Made by a program: the position numbers and the translations under genes. A stretch of DNA of 64,000 nucleotides from Amoebidium appalachense (Eukaryota > Protista > Ichthyosporea), in NCBI GenBank assembly GCA_963693365.1, contig CAVNZM010000014.1, positions 2,728,001 through 2,792,000 on the forward strand. The letters run 5' to 3'. The notes below the pieces were generated by a model, which was not told where the DNA came from, did not search any database, and saw only the letters and a list, made by a program, of their open reading frames with translations. Positions 13,310 through 27,339 of the stretch are shown in pieces. The stretch's first letter is position 1; the number at the start of each line of letters is the position of its first letter.

Positions 13310-13962
13310 ATATATTTACATATAAAAATGGTGCCTTGTTTTATGCATACTTTCGAATTTAATGCTATTTTACTAATTAGCCATAGAATATTTCTGATAT
13401 ATGCATACTGGTACAAATAGTAAGTATTTGAAATATGCGAACGACCTGAAATGTTAACTGCTGCAACGTGTGTAATGATTTGGTTTGAATGGTTTGATAC
13501 ATACATGCTGAACACTGTGTGTTCATGTGCACCACAGAAATGATGTGGTGATATAAAGGCCAATAAATGTTTTTTCAATTGCTCACTGCATCTGTTTTTG
13601 GAGATCCACTCACAAACACTCTATTGCAGGCCACATTTCTGCTGTCTGTACACTACCACTTTGGATGTGTGCGTGTGTGTCGGAGGATGGGGGGGAGTGA
13701 AGGCACGGTGGTGAGGGATGGAATGAAGGCACTTTTCTTTTCTTATTGGGGGGAGGGGGAGGCAAAAAACGAACGAGCTTTTTGCGTGTGCGCCGGAGGG
13801 GGGGAAGGGGGGTGCGTTTAAAGCGAACGCACTTTCCGTTGGGGGGAAGTTGAAGATGAAGGCACTTTTCATTTTCAAAGTTTTTTTTGGTTGGGCCGGG
13901 GGGATGGGGATAGGGGGGCTAAAATTGAACGGACTTTCCACACGCACTCGCGCTGGTTGTGG

Positions 13963-14005
<43 letters not shown>

Positions 14006-14055
14006 CTAAAGCAAAGGCACTTTTAGTTGGGGGGAAGGTAAGAATGAAGGCACTT

Positions 14056-14097
<42 letters not shown>

Positions 14098-14224
14098 AGG
14101 GGGGGGGGGGGTGTAAAATGAACGCACTTTTTGTTGGTCCGTTGCCCATGATTACAACAACTTTAATTAACCCCTCCCCCCCCCCCCCTCCCCCCCCTCC
14201 CCCCCCAAAACATCCACATAAAAA

Positions 14225-14263
<39 letters not shown>

Positions 14264-14557
14264 CGGTGACACCCGGGAAAAAGAAAATTATAGTGCAAGG
14301 AATGAAAGCGAATTCCGCCTGCCCCCCCTCCCCCCTTCCCCCCCGTTTCCCATCACCTCTCCCCCCTTCCCCCCCAACACCACCCCCCTGGGCTGTTCCA
14401 GTGAGATTTCACCCCAACTCTAAATACCTCCCCTCCTCTCCCTTTTATCTTATCCCCCGGCCCAGGGGGGAGAGGGGGAGGGGGAGAGGGGAGGGGGTGG
14501 AGGGGGGGGGGAGGAGGGAGGTATGGCTGGCCGCTGCGATATTCGCCCCGCTGGGGG

Positions 14558-14596
<39 letters not shown>

Positions 14597-15106
14597 CTGG
14601 TTCGGTGTTGATGGCAGTAACTCTGGCAGCAACTTTTGAGGAGATTACCTCAGTGGCTCCTTGGGCATCTGTTGCTACAACGTAACAATATACATGTGTT
14701 GGTTCACTTCGTGCAAGTACCTATATTAATCATTCAGCTTTCCACACTATCAGGGCTATGCTTGGCCTTGGTTTATCGTCAAGTAAGAGAACATGTTGCT
14801 AATATTAGATGCATAAATAATATTATTCTGATGGTGTATGGCCTCAATCTGCCTAGCGGTACGCCATAAGCAAAGCCAAGTGGAGGATTGTATTGAGCGG
14901 CCCCTGTGAGGTAATACTATAAACGAAACATAATGATTTTGAAGATCATTTGTATATATCATGTCACGTGATTATTGCAATCGTGTCGCTGAGGTCGTGA
15001 GGTTGTTTGCTGTTTGGGTTGGGGGAAGCACCGGGGGGGGGGGGGGGGGGGGGGGGGAAGACTCAGGTGTTGTGGGGGGGGGGGGGGGGAGGGAGGACTC
15101 GGGAGT

Positions 15107-15148
<42 letters not shown>

Positions 15149-15306
15149 TCCGGAGGGGGGTGAGGGACTTTCCATGCATGCAGGTATAAGAGCTAGTCCA
15201 GGGGAAGAAAATACTTTGATGTAAGTGGAAGACAAAAAATCCCCTAGATTCAAAAAAGTCAAGTGTAAGCCACCTGGCAGTGCTCGGCAGAGTGGAAGGC
15301 CCCGTC

Positions 15307-15377
<71 letters not shown>

Positions 15378-15412
15378 CACACACTGAAACCGTCGGACAG
15401 GGTTATACCCTC

Positions 15413-15934
15413 AGGGCCCAACCACATCGGCAGAGTGAACTTGCAAAAAATAGAACTATTCTGCAAAAGCGGAATTATTCTGCAAAAGCAGAATCACTCT
15501 GCTTTAGCAGAATTACTCTGCTTTTAGCAGAATTATTCCGCAAAAAGCAGAATTATTCTGCTTTCGACAGCAGAATGATTCTGCTCTTAGCGGAATAATT
15601 CTTCTTTTAGCAGAATAATTCTGCTTTTAACAGATTGATTCTGCTTTTAGAAGATCGATTCTGCTTTTAGATGATTGATTCTGCTTTTAGCAGATTGATT
15701 CTGCTTTTGCAGAATAATTCTGCTTTTGCTGAATAATTCTGCTTTTAGCAGAATAATTCTGCTTTTTACAGAATAATTCTGCTTTTTTTTTAATTCTGCT
15801 TTTGCAGAATAATTCTGCTTTTGCTGAATAGTCCTGCTTTTAGCAGAATAATTCTGCTTTTTACAGAATAATTCTGCTTTTTTCAGAATAATTCTGCTCG
15901 GAGCAAGTTGACTCAGCCGATGTGGTTGGGTCCT
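15413..15934. mobile_element. MITE-like element with 32-bp terminal inverted repeats enclosing a ~20-bp palindromic satellite
   Basis: Left end agggcccaaccacatcggcagagtgaacttgc (15413-15444) matches the reverse complement of 15903-15934 (aggacccaaccacatcggctgagtcaacttgc) with 3 mismatches. The interior is roughly 20 copies of AGCAGAAT(A/T)ATTCTGCT(TTT). No TSD is resolvable because the right flank is poly-C. Confidence 0.85.
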
Positions 15935-15967
<33 letters not shown>

Positions 15968-16315
15968 ACCTCTCCCTCTCTCACCCCCATTACGGGGGCC
16001 CGGGTAAGCAACCCATTCCCCCGTACCCCCTCCCCCTACCCCTGGTCTTCCCCACCCACCACCTTTTTACATTAGCTCCTATTAGCGCCGTAACAACTAA
16101 TTGGAGCCCAGGGCCGGGAATCGTGCTCACCAGGTGTTTGTCAGCGTGTGTCGTCTGTAGCCATTTGTGGGTGGGTGTATGTGTCAATGTGTGTGGTTGT
16201 TTGACCGTGTGTGTGTGCACGAAGCACAGTACTGCATATTATAATCGTGATACTTTCCTACATTTGGCACTGTGGTACCGTGCGCGAAAATCGTGTTCAA
16301 CGGTGGCCACAAATG

Positions 16316-16380
<65 letters not shown>

Positions 16381-16991
16381 CGTGCGTGCGTGTGTGTGTG
16401 TGTGTGTGTTTGGCAATGCACGTATGCACATATGGGCATTAAGGATAGAAGTTAAGGGTGGGGTGGCCATGGAGTGGGGAGGGCTGGAGGAGGAAGGGGG
16501 GAGGGGGGGAGGGGGGGAGGGGAGGGAGGGGGGGAGGAGGAAGGGGGGAGGGGGGGGGGGGGGGGGGAAGGAGGATACGGGGAGCGCGAGACCTTATGAC
16601 TTGCCCATGCCCCTGCCGCCCGTGCTGCCCTCTCTTCCCCCCTCCCCTCCCTCTTCCTCCTCCCCCCCCCCCCCCCTCCCCCCGTCCGCCCGGCGGGTGA
16701 ATGGTGCTCTGGGATCGGTCATTTTGGTTATTGCCAGAGGGTGCACACCGATCACACAGTGAAATATCAAATCGCAGATCTCGAGGGTTGCCGGGTTGCA
16801 AACCCCCTGTTTACCGAGGTTCCCAGCTACCTTTGGAGGTAGCACTTGTTTTTCAAGGCTGATCGCGTACCTCTTCTCTCAGCCAGTGTCGATTTCTCGT
16901 ATGTAGGTGGGTGAAGAGGAGAGAGGGGACTGGGGGAAGGGGGGAGAAATTACAAAATTAAGGGGACGGGGGGGGGGGGGGGGGGGAGGGG

Positions 16992-17048
<57 letters not shown>

Positions 17049-17764
17049 CTATAGTGGTGTAGCATGTCATGGTATCCGGTAAAGAGGCTATTAAAATTAC
17101 TTCGTTACTCCGTATGGTCATGCGTGGAAGACTAGTTGAGGGTCCGAGCATTTGGGAAGTTCAGATATTCTCGGTGCACCTACGGGCCTAAGCCTTACAG
17201 CCGCACCTTGGTACAGATTTAGGCTGGCTAACAGCCCCCCTCCCCCCACCCCCCCCCCACCCCCCCCCCCTCCCTTCCCCACTCCCCCCCTCCCTCCCCC
17301 TCTTCCCTCAGCCCCTCTCCCCGCCCCCTCCCCGGAGAGGGCCTCTTCCAAAACACAGCCACGCATACACCTACACAATAGCATATCATTGAATTAAGTT
17401 ATACATGCAGGCAGTCTAGTATATACCAACGGGTCCATTTTCTGTTTGTGTGAACATGACATTGTCTAGAATGCACGCAAACTAATTCCGGACCGATGGA
17501 ATAAGTCGTTTTAACCAAAACTTGGTGACTTGGAATGACTCACACCACTGCCCTGCATGCAGAAGAGTTAGGCTGGGGCAAAACGTCTGCGCTAATATTA
17601 GCTAATTAGTGTTGGTAAAGGTGTGTTAGCTTAGCCGAATTCACCATTACCCTGGCTAGGATACATGTACAGTTGGTGCATCATAATGTTAGGTAGTTCC
17701 TATGAGTGAACGCAAAGGGGCTCCTTCCTGGACAAAAATAATGGTTTGTAGAAAGAGGCACCAT

Positions 17765-17804
<40 letters not shown>

Positions 17805-19215
17805 CCCTGCAGAAGGTACCGACACAAACCATCCCGCAATCAAGTGGAGTAAACGGGCTACCAATATAATAACGGATGTTGGCCGGAATGTGTGGGTGAC
17901 CTTGTCCCTAAAATCATCGGTGCCCTCACCATGTACATAAGTGTGTCGTGATGTATTCACTTACACTTTGCCTGTGGGCAATCCCGGAGATTCATGGGTG
18001 AGAGAAAACTACCTTCTCACACATAGCAGAGTCTGCACTTAAAACAAGTAGAGTGTATAGTCGTTGCACACACACACACGGAGGTGATCAGTCTCTATGG
18101 GGTGCAATATACTATCTACTAAGTGTGTACTTAATCGGGCTGCATGCACTATTACCTAAGTATCACACAAGTGTTCACACAGTGCCCGGAGAGTCTGTTG
18201 CAACAGTCAATTATCGTTATAACTCCCAATTTTATGATGTTACATGTGCGGGTTTATATACTCCGCCGTGATCCAGTCACCTGCCATCCAGGATGGCATC
18301 CGGGGTGACTACGTAATTCCTAGATCTAGGTGGTGCGTTCCTAACCAATTATATGTCAGGTAGGAATCACTCGATCGATCACCTAGCCATCACACGAAAA
18401 CACGCGTACACCGCTGTTGGATGGCTACATTTTTCTTTTGACTCGGGTTTATTGATCCGTTGATGAAGGCAACGTGCAGCCACAGGCTACATAACCACCA
18501 ATAGAACTGAAAAAGCCAAAGCTACGAAATAAAAATAAAGCGACAAGTGACAAAGGACACCAGCGGGCAAAATCTTAAGTGTACGTGTATGCGTGAAACT
18601 AGTTTGCTCCAACTAGTCATGTGCATCGATGTTGACCAGACCACACTCCGCAAGAAGACATCATTACTGCTCCTTCCCAACAGGCCCCCCTCAAAACCTA
18701 TCGGGGCACAGCAAGCAAGTCAGCCTCTAAAAGAGCAATGCAGACCAAATCTAAGCTTAAAAACAATCCCAACGGGCCCAACCCCTATAGGATAACCCGG
18801 AGAAACTGCATCTAGCTCTCTGATAAGGTGGCCTAGTTGTGGCAGGACACACAGAAAAACACAATTACAGAATGCATGCAAGCAAACCCGGTCATTGCCA
18901 TACGACTGGATGCTAAGGACTGGCAGTCACTTGGAAAGCTCCCCGACGACCAAGTAGCCGCCCCTCCACTCACGCAGTGCAGAAGTAGCTGAAGAAGTTG
19001 CAGCAGCCCACCGCCAATAGGTCGCGTAGAAGCGTAGACAGCGTGTAAAAGTTACCATAGGTTGCAGTGGACCACCAGGCGTTGAAGAAACCACTTCTCA
19101 AGCGAGAAACTCCTCGAAAGGGAGATGCCCCCACACTCTCACAGCAGTAGGAATACACCAGGCCACACCACACATACGCTGCAGTCACTTTCCCCGGAGT
19201 GGGACTCCCTCCCAC

Positions 19216-19405
19216 CACAAAAAGAAGAAACGAAAGCCTTTATATACCTGCCATGGTGAAGAATCGGGAAAAAAAGTTGACGTGACAGCTAAGAGATCGA
19301 AGTGAAAGTGAAGTCACAAAAAGAAGAAACGAAAGCCTTTATATACCTGCCATGGTGAAGAATCGGGAAAAAAAGTTGACGTGACAGCTAAGAGATCGAA
19401 GTGAA
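19216..19405. repeat. Exact ~91-bp direct repeat (period 99) containing a minus-strand TATATAAA
   Basis: cacaaaaagaagaaacgaaagcctttatatacctgcc...gagatcgaagtgaa at 19216-19306 and 19315-19405. Confidence 0.95.
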
Positions 19406-19639
19406 TGGCTACATCATGAGTAAATATATCACAAACACGAATAATATGGTGATATTGGGGTTTTATATTCTGAATGTCCTCAGCCTACCCTCTTTCAACC
19501 TGATTCTTCCTCTCGCTATCTCACTCCCTCTTTCTTTTCTCTTCCTGTTTTTTCTGCCTTTTCGCGTTATTACCATACGCAGTATAAGTTTCTTTCTCGT
19601 TCTGATAGAGATATCAAAGGTACCACAAACTCAGTCGGC

Positions 19640-20055
19640 ATGTGTTATGTTCCTTAGGCAACACCGTACTGATCATTATCGCTTTTGGGGGGCTTTGGCA
19701 GGATATATTTCTCCTGCTGTACGTATGGATACCAACCTAAGTAGATAAGTCTGTATGGTCACGGTGCTCTGATGTTGATATTGCCTGGGAAGTTGTGCAG
19801 TGGTCTTGTAATTTTTGTTTTCATCGCCGCTGGTGCCACTTTTGTGCTGAACCTTTTAATCGCAAGCATGTTGATAGGTGTGAGTTTTTATGTCGCGTTT
19901 TACCTCTTTCCCTACGGGTGTCTGCTACACTGGCTGGCAATGTGACCACTTTCGACTTTTTGTTGAATTCTGTTGGTCGTCACATCGAGTATTTATATGA
20001 TTTTCACACAGTGTTCAGGTATCTTAGTATGCACTTGTTACTGGATAACTCGTGA
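19640..20055 (+). mobile_element. 5'-truncated non-LTR retrotransposon remnant (C-terminus of ORF2 with a CCHC-like knuckle)
   Basis: Frame DKSVWSRCSDVDIAWEVVQWSCNFCFHRRWCHFCAEPFNRKHVDRC..TTFDFLLNS shows Cx2Cx7Hx3C followed by FLLN. From recall, not a search, this resembles LINE ORF2 C-termini. Frameshifted upstream. Confidence 0.5.
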
Positions 20056-20481
20056 AGTTCTTTTTATTGTCTTCTCAGTATGCCGTGCATACTTGCATAT
20101 CTTTCCGTCGAATAAATCCAGTCAAAAGAAAAAAAAATATATTCCAACAATGGGAACCGTTGGTGCACATGAGTTTGTGCAGAAACGCACGTGCTTGACT
20201 CAAATGTCACCCCAATGTAAATGTTGCTGAAAACATCACTGAATGTATATGCAGATCCGAATATGTTTGGCCACTCTCCGGTGGCTGGGAAAAAAAAAAA
20301 AAAAAAAAAAAAAAAAAACGAAAATGATTCTCCCAAAAGATGTTATCCCAGCACAACGAATGTGATGAGACCGTGTGATACAACAGGGAACGTGTGAATG
20401 TTATGTCATCTAGAAAGGTTGCTGCAGCCATCTACACGTCTTTGAGTGTGTGTGTGTGTGCGTGCGTGCGTGCATGCGTGC

Positions 20482-20543
<62 letters not shown>

Positions 20544-20545
20544 AT

Positions 20546-20606
<61 letters not shown>

Positions 20607-21020
20607 CTAGGAGGGCTGCCACAATCTAAACAATTGTAACATGTAGTACAGCAGTAAGGTTATGAAAATTGGTGGCCGTGTGTGCATGTGTATGTAGGTG
20701 TGAGGCTTCCCGTTCAGGGTTTGGAAAGGGTGGGGATCCGGTGTGTGTGTGTGTTGTGGGGGGGAGGGGGAGGGGGGGGGGGGGGGGGGGGGGGGGGGCA
20801 GGGCAGATAAGATCATGCATATGTTCGGTTGGGGGGCTTGCCTAGAATGGAGTTAGAGGGAATGGGGAATTCCAAAGATTGTAGAAGAAGGGGGAGGGGG
20901 AGGGGTGGGGGGTTGGGGGCGGGGCTATAGTGTATCATATATCGGGCCGGGGCAGTTTGGAAATGATAAATTCTGACAGTGGGCCTATTGGGCTTTCAGC
21001 CGCGGCCTTGCTACGCCGGG

Positions 21021-21052
<32 letters not shown>

Positions 21053-21767
21053 GGGGGAGGGGGGGGGGGGGGACGGAGAGGAAGAGAGGGGGCTTCCAAA
21101 AAACAAAGCCAAGCACACACGAGCATTCATGATATAAAATTCTATAGGTAGTCTGAGATATATCAAAGGGGTCTTTTTCTATTTGTGCAAGTGACTACTA
21201 TAATAACAATGCATGCAAACTAAGAAATTCAATAACTACATGTAAACCAAAAACTTGGCGGCCCAGCTTTGAATGACTCATACGATTGCCTTGCAGAATA
21301 CTGCTGCATAGTGAGGCTGAGGCTAAAACAAGCGTCTAAATGTGTACTTTTTTTTTGTTGTAATTTAGTTTGGTAAAGATGTGTTAGCTCAGCTGATTGC
21401 ACCATTACTGCACTTAACTAGTACAGTCCGTGCTGTGTGGAAGACAATAGCCTGTTCATATTAGGGACATCTAAAAGGCTCCTCCGGGAAGGACAAAACA
21501 GGATAACGGAAAATCAATAAATCTGGAAGGGAGAAGAAAAAAGGATAGATGGTACTGCAGAATGCACCGTTCCAGATGGTCCCACAAACAAACGATTTAA
21601 ATCAGCTACTGTTATGATGACGGTTTGTTGGCCAGAAGGTGTGGGTGACCTTCCCTAAAAAAATTATATGCCCTCTCCTTGCACATATGTGTGTCGTGAT
21701 TTACTCACACACACTTTGTCTGTGGGCAAACTAAGTAGACGCCTGCGCACGTGGTGCACGTGTGAAC

Positions 21768-21972
21768 TTGTGCAGGGAAGCACTAGTATTTTTAGGTCAC
21801 CTCAAAATGTCATTGTTGCTGAAAACACCACCGATATGAGTGTATTGATTGAATGAAAGATGGTATCTATCGTTGTGCAGGGAAGCACTAGTATTTTTAG
21901 GCCAACCCCATTATGTTGCTAAAACACCACCGATATGAGTGTATTGATTGAATGAAAGATAATATTTATCGT
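21768..21972. repeat. ~105-bp diverged tandem duplication inside the second pseudogene segment
   Basis: ttgtgcagggaagcactagtatttttagg..aaaacaccaccgatatgagtgtattgattgaatgaaagat occurs twice. Confidence 0.9.
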
Positions 21973-22517
21973 CGATGCTCACGTTTCGTCGATGGAAGAA
22001 AAATTTATTTAAAAACTTACTATAAATAATTAAGTATACTCCGCACAACGAATGCAATTAGACCTTGAACCGTATCGAGACAGTCACGCGTACCTGCGAG
22101 CCATGCAGAATTCATTTTAAAGGTGCTGCAGTCATATAAATATTTTTATGGGAAAAAACCAACTTTTTTCTTAAAATAAATACATGAAACAATAGATTTA
22201 CCACAGAATGATTCCCACCGACTGTGTTAAGCGCCGTCACGCAAAATGACTGAACAATACATGCTGCGGAACAAAAGCAAGCATCTACATATCATCAGTC
22301 ATTATTATGATAGTACATATGTAGTAGCCGAAGGCTTCAACATGCTTACCAGTTCGAATTTTTCTGGTTTTGTCTACCAGGTTCCCGAGAATTTCTCAAG
22401 GGCCAGAAGTTTAAATACCGTGCATATGTGTGCAGTGTATGTGTGTGTCTATGCGCGCGTATGTATCCATGTGTGTCCGTGCAACATGGTGTGTTTTTGA
22501 TTACAGCACCGGAGCGT

Positions 22518-22560
<43 letters not shown>

Positions 22561-22669
22561 GGGGGCAGAGTAGCCGAAGGAGGCCTCCGGTTGCTGTGGT
22601 GAGAACGGTATTGGTTTTTCATTCAGGTGCAGCCCCCCCCCCCCCCCCCCCCCCCCTCCCCCCCCCCCC

Positions 22670-22723
<54 letters not shown>

Positions 22724-23084
22724 CCTGCCCGCCCGCCCCGCCCGCCCGCCCGCCCGCCCGCCCACCCACCCGCCTGCCCGCCCGCCCGCCCGCCTGCCCG
22801 CCCGCGCGCAAAAAAAAAAAAACCAAAAAAAAGGGTAGGGGGGGGAGGGTCATACAAGCAAGAGGATTAATATTAACATGCAATTATTTCCGAGTCTCAG
22901 AAACCCCGATCGCCAGTAACGCAATTTAAAGAGTTTTTGCCTACAAAGCTCTGTGAGGGGCACTGCCGGATGGCCAATTAGCTTTAAAATAACATCACGG
23001 CCGTGATTCACTACCCCTTTTTGCAGCCTACAGTGCAGGGCTCACCATTCAATCAATGACTAGACCAGATGGAAACGGCCCGAG

Positions 23085-23128
<44 letters not shown>

Positions 23129-23963
23129 ACCCCACCCCCCACCGCCCCTTTTCTCCAAAATCCCCGAGTCAAGGTTCGTATACTTTTTGAATCGCAAGGT
23201 GCTATATTATAGTTACATGTCACGATAAATGGAAACAAGGGAGCACACACCATACAGTAAGCTTAAGATTAATACAAATAGTTACTAGTCACTTGAAGTT
23301 GTTCACCGGTCTGGTATAGGCAACCGTAGCCTTCTGAGCCTCAGTCAGCCAATATGAGGACGTCTGTGTGACAGCCTACAAAAGTGTCACCCTAATCAAA
23401 TTACGCATGATTACCTGGTAAAGCCCCGTGTGTGCTGTATATGCTGTAACACATGTAAAGTTCCCGAGGCAAGCAAATTCCGTTCCCTTAGGGCCTGAGC
23501 TCAAACACTCCCCCAAACCCCCCTCTCTCCCCCCCCCCCCCTCCCTGGGCCCCCCCACCCCCCCTTGAGAGTCTGCCCCCCCCCCCCCCCCCCCGGCCGC
23601 CTGCCCCCTCCAGCGTCTTGTTTTGAACCACAACCTCCCCTCTCCCTCCCCCCCCCCCCCCCCCCCCCGCGTCCCTCTTCATGTCTCCCTGTTAATTCCG
23701 GGGGGGGGGGGGGGGGGGGGGGGGGAGGAGGGGGGGCAACAATAATTATTCACATCCAATAATAAAATAACCCCTTGAATTTTTACCCTGATTATAAACG
23801 TGCTGCCTTTCGAACGTTTCTTTTGGGTAGGTGCCGGCCCTCACCAGAGAGAAGACCAATCCGTCTAGCGTCCTTGCAGATTGTGCCGAGCGAGGATACG
23901 GGCATACTCGACATTACGATCTTTTCCGAAAATTCAGAGCTGGGGGATAAAGTGTGTGTGTGT

Positions 23964-24060
<97 letters not shown>

Positions 24061-25170
24061 TGTGTTTGGGGGGGTGGAGGGGGAAGGGAGGGGGGGCCGA
24101 GGGGAGGGGGGGATCATTATGGATAAAACCTTAACGATCACGATAAGAATCATCCCAGAGCACTGCACGTATGCTGTTGCCGAAAACGCATATTAATCCG
24201 GTGACGAGTGGCTGGTTACTGTATGTATCATGTACATTCAGACAACTCAACTAATAACTATGTTTAGAGCTCTCATGCTGTGCCTTTTGGTGGCATCATT
24301 AATTACGACTCAAGGGGTAAATGCCATTGGAGACTGTAGCGAGATATCATTATACTTAAGTTACATGCTATCATAGGCAGATATACTGTGTATAAACACT
24401 GTCTTTTACTCTTTGTGCAGTAGCGGCTACTAGTAGAATGGTACGAACAGTATAATATAACTTAGTGATAAGTTGACATCGATGAGCCAGAAAACCCGTG
24501 ATTAGTCAGAGATCTTCAATGGTTCCATATAGTTATACACCCAAATGTTGAAGAGTCCCACAATCACGTGGTTTAAAAACCATACCAATATAATGTGGGT
24601 GTGTTGGGCCCGATGACCTGGGTGACCTGTCCTCACTTGAACACTGCCCTATTGTCCTGAGCAGCACGTAAGCACATGACAATAGGCAGGGCGCCAGAGA
24701 GAGCCTGGAAAGCATCAGATTCTCGGAGGTCCCCTAAATAATGTATGTTTGCTAAAAACACTAAGCTGAACTTTTGGGGTAAAACGTCAAGATAACGAGA
24801 ACACTGCCTGCCACCCCACCGTATCAGTTCGTCGTATGTATGTTGGTAAAGGTGCAAAAACTGACATTATACTTGCCTTCTACTATATTCAATCTCGCCC
24901 CGACAATGTGTATGACCACGTACATATAGAACAACTGCGGCAGGATGATGTTTATACGTATAATATGCATGTGCTGTTCGTACTCAGTTATCCGGGTCGC
25001 AGGCCTACATAGTTAGAAAACCAGACAGGGGCGCCCAGAATATTAAAGTTCGTGAAATGTTAATATAGTTCACCCCTGTAAACGATTGCAATCACTTTCT
25101 GCGGAAGCGAAGTGGCCATCTGCTCCCACTGGTACCACCACAACACTAAGTCGACCGGGGACTGCGTACG

Positions 25171-25291
<121 letters not shown>

Positions 25292-25451
25292 CTTTCTTCT
25301 AGATCTGTCTGTGTGTGGGGAGGGTGCACGTGGGGTAGGCAACCAGGAGGGGTCACAGCGAATCTTTCATAAAAATGGTTTGGGGGGGCCCGGGGGATTT
25401 TGACGAGCCATGGGCAAGGGGGGGAAGGGGGAAGCCAGGGGGGGGGAGGGG

Positions 25452-25483
<32 letters not shown>

Positions 25484-26443
25484 AGGGGGGGGGGAGGGGG
25501 GGGGGGAGGGGGGGGGGGGGGGGTTAACGGTCACTAGTACTGGCAGCTGAGAGAAGCCACTGGGAAAACAGGCAACCATGCCATATAGGTTCCATTGGTC
25601 CTAGGAGTGGCAATGCAGCACACCACCAACAGTTTGGGTCTCTCCCTCTCTCTCCTCTCTCCTCCCTCCCTCCCCCCTCCCCTCCGCCCCCCCCTCCGCA
25701 CAACATCACCAATTTGGGTCCCCCCCCGCACCACCACCCCCACCCCCACCACCACCATTGCGTGACCCCTGAGGCTCCCACGAGCCACCCACCTTGACCC
25801 ACATGCGCATATGCCGGTTTTGTAAATATCTCGACCTCAGAGGAAGTAGACCGCCAAAGTCTGTTTTTCTGGCACGATGTTTCTGGGTTTTTCTGTTCGG
25901 GTTATTTGGGCTTCATTGACGGTTCCATGCAAAGTGTTTTGTGCCTGAGCAAACCTTCTCCTCAGAAGCTACTTCTCTATTTTTTCATGCAGACCCCTCG
26001 CCCTCCCCTCGCCCCCTCCCCCCCACATCCCCCCCTGTCCCCCCCCCCCCCCCCCCTGCCCCTCAGGGCCCCCCCCACATCCCCTCCCTGTCCCCCCCCC
26101 CTCCCCCCCCCCCCCCCCTCTCCCCTTTCTCGCCTTCCTCCTTTTCCACACCTCCCAATGTCTCCCGTAACCTGGTAATTTCAGTTTTGTCATCCACTCG
26201 TATCACCCCTGCTTACGCCAGCACCGCAGCCACATCAAACACACTTCGTCTGTCTGGATTACGCATATATCACCCTAGGCCTACCCCCCCCCCCCCCCCC
26301 CCCGGGCCCCCTTAGTATACCCCCTCAATCCCTTCTCCCTCCCCCCTCTCTCCCCCCCCCCCTCCCCTCCAATCCTCTCTCACGAACCAACACAAGACCT
26401 TGCGCTCATGCTAGCACGTAATCCCCCACAGCCAATCCTCCCT

Positions 26444-26486
<43 letters not shown>

Positions 26487-26698
26487 GCCCCCAATACCTC
26501 CCCCCTCCCCCCCCCACCTCCTTTTTTTTCTTTCATTAACAGTATACAATACGCAATGCACAAACATTCGCACACACATTGCCGTAAGGGGCACACACAC
26601 AAACACACACAAACACAAACCTACGCACACATGCACGGACGTGAGCGCACGTCGCTAGCACAACACACACACACACACACACACACACGCACGCGCGC

Positions 26699-26765
<67 letters not shown>

Positions 26766-26894
26766 AAAAGCCACATGACCCTGCAGCCCCAAGACCACCA
26801 ATCATCGAACTGGTGTCTGTTTACTTGTGTGGATTGTATTTGTTGTGACTTCCCTAGCACTAGCCCCTAGCCCCTTTTAGTGATAGTCCACACA

Positions 26895-26947
<53 letters not shown>

Positions 26948-27299
26948 CCCCGCCCCAATCCCCGAAGGGGAAAAAAAAATAAATTTTAACCCCCTTTTTT
27001 TAACCTGTACACAGAGCAATAAAACTTTGACAAACAAACAAACATACAAACAAACAACAAGAAAACTTGACTCGGAACCCTTTGGGTTTTTTACTGCTTC
27101 AATAAGCCAGCTGCCTGACACCGTCTACTAAGGACTGTGCGGGCACCGGCTTACTAACTTGAAAAGAAATTCCTTTTACCAACCAACACAACTGTGTCGA
27201 GCCGCCGCTGTATCATAACAATTGAACAATACCCTTTGATCGTTTGGGGGGACAGGGGGGGGGGGGGGGGGGGGAGTTGAAGGGCAGAAAGGGGAGGGG

Positions 27300-27339
<40 letters not shown>

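Noticed and set aside
14660-14790. Possible exon resembling an Mpo1/DUF962 N-terminus (NIHVLVHFVQVPIL) ending at CAA|GTAAGA
   Set aside because: The similarity is weak, and no start codon or compatible neighbouring exon was found.
15450-15900. CRISPR-like appearance of regularly spaced palindromes
   Set aside because: There are no unique spacers; units abut directly, lie within TIRs and sit in a eukaryotic context with no cas genes.
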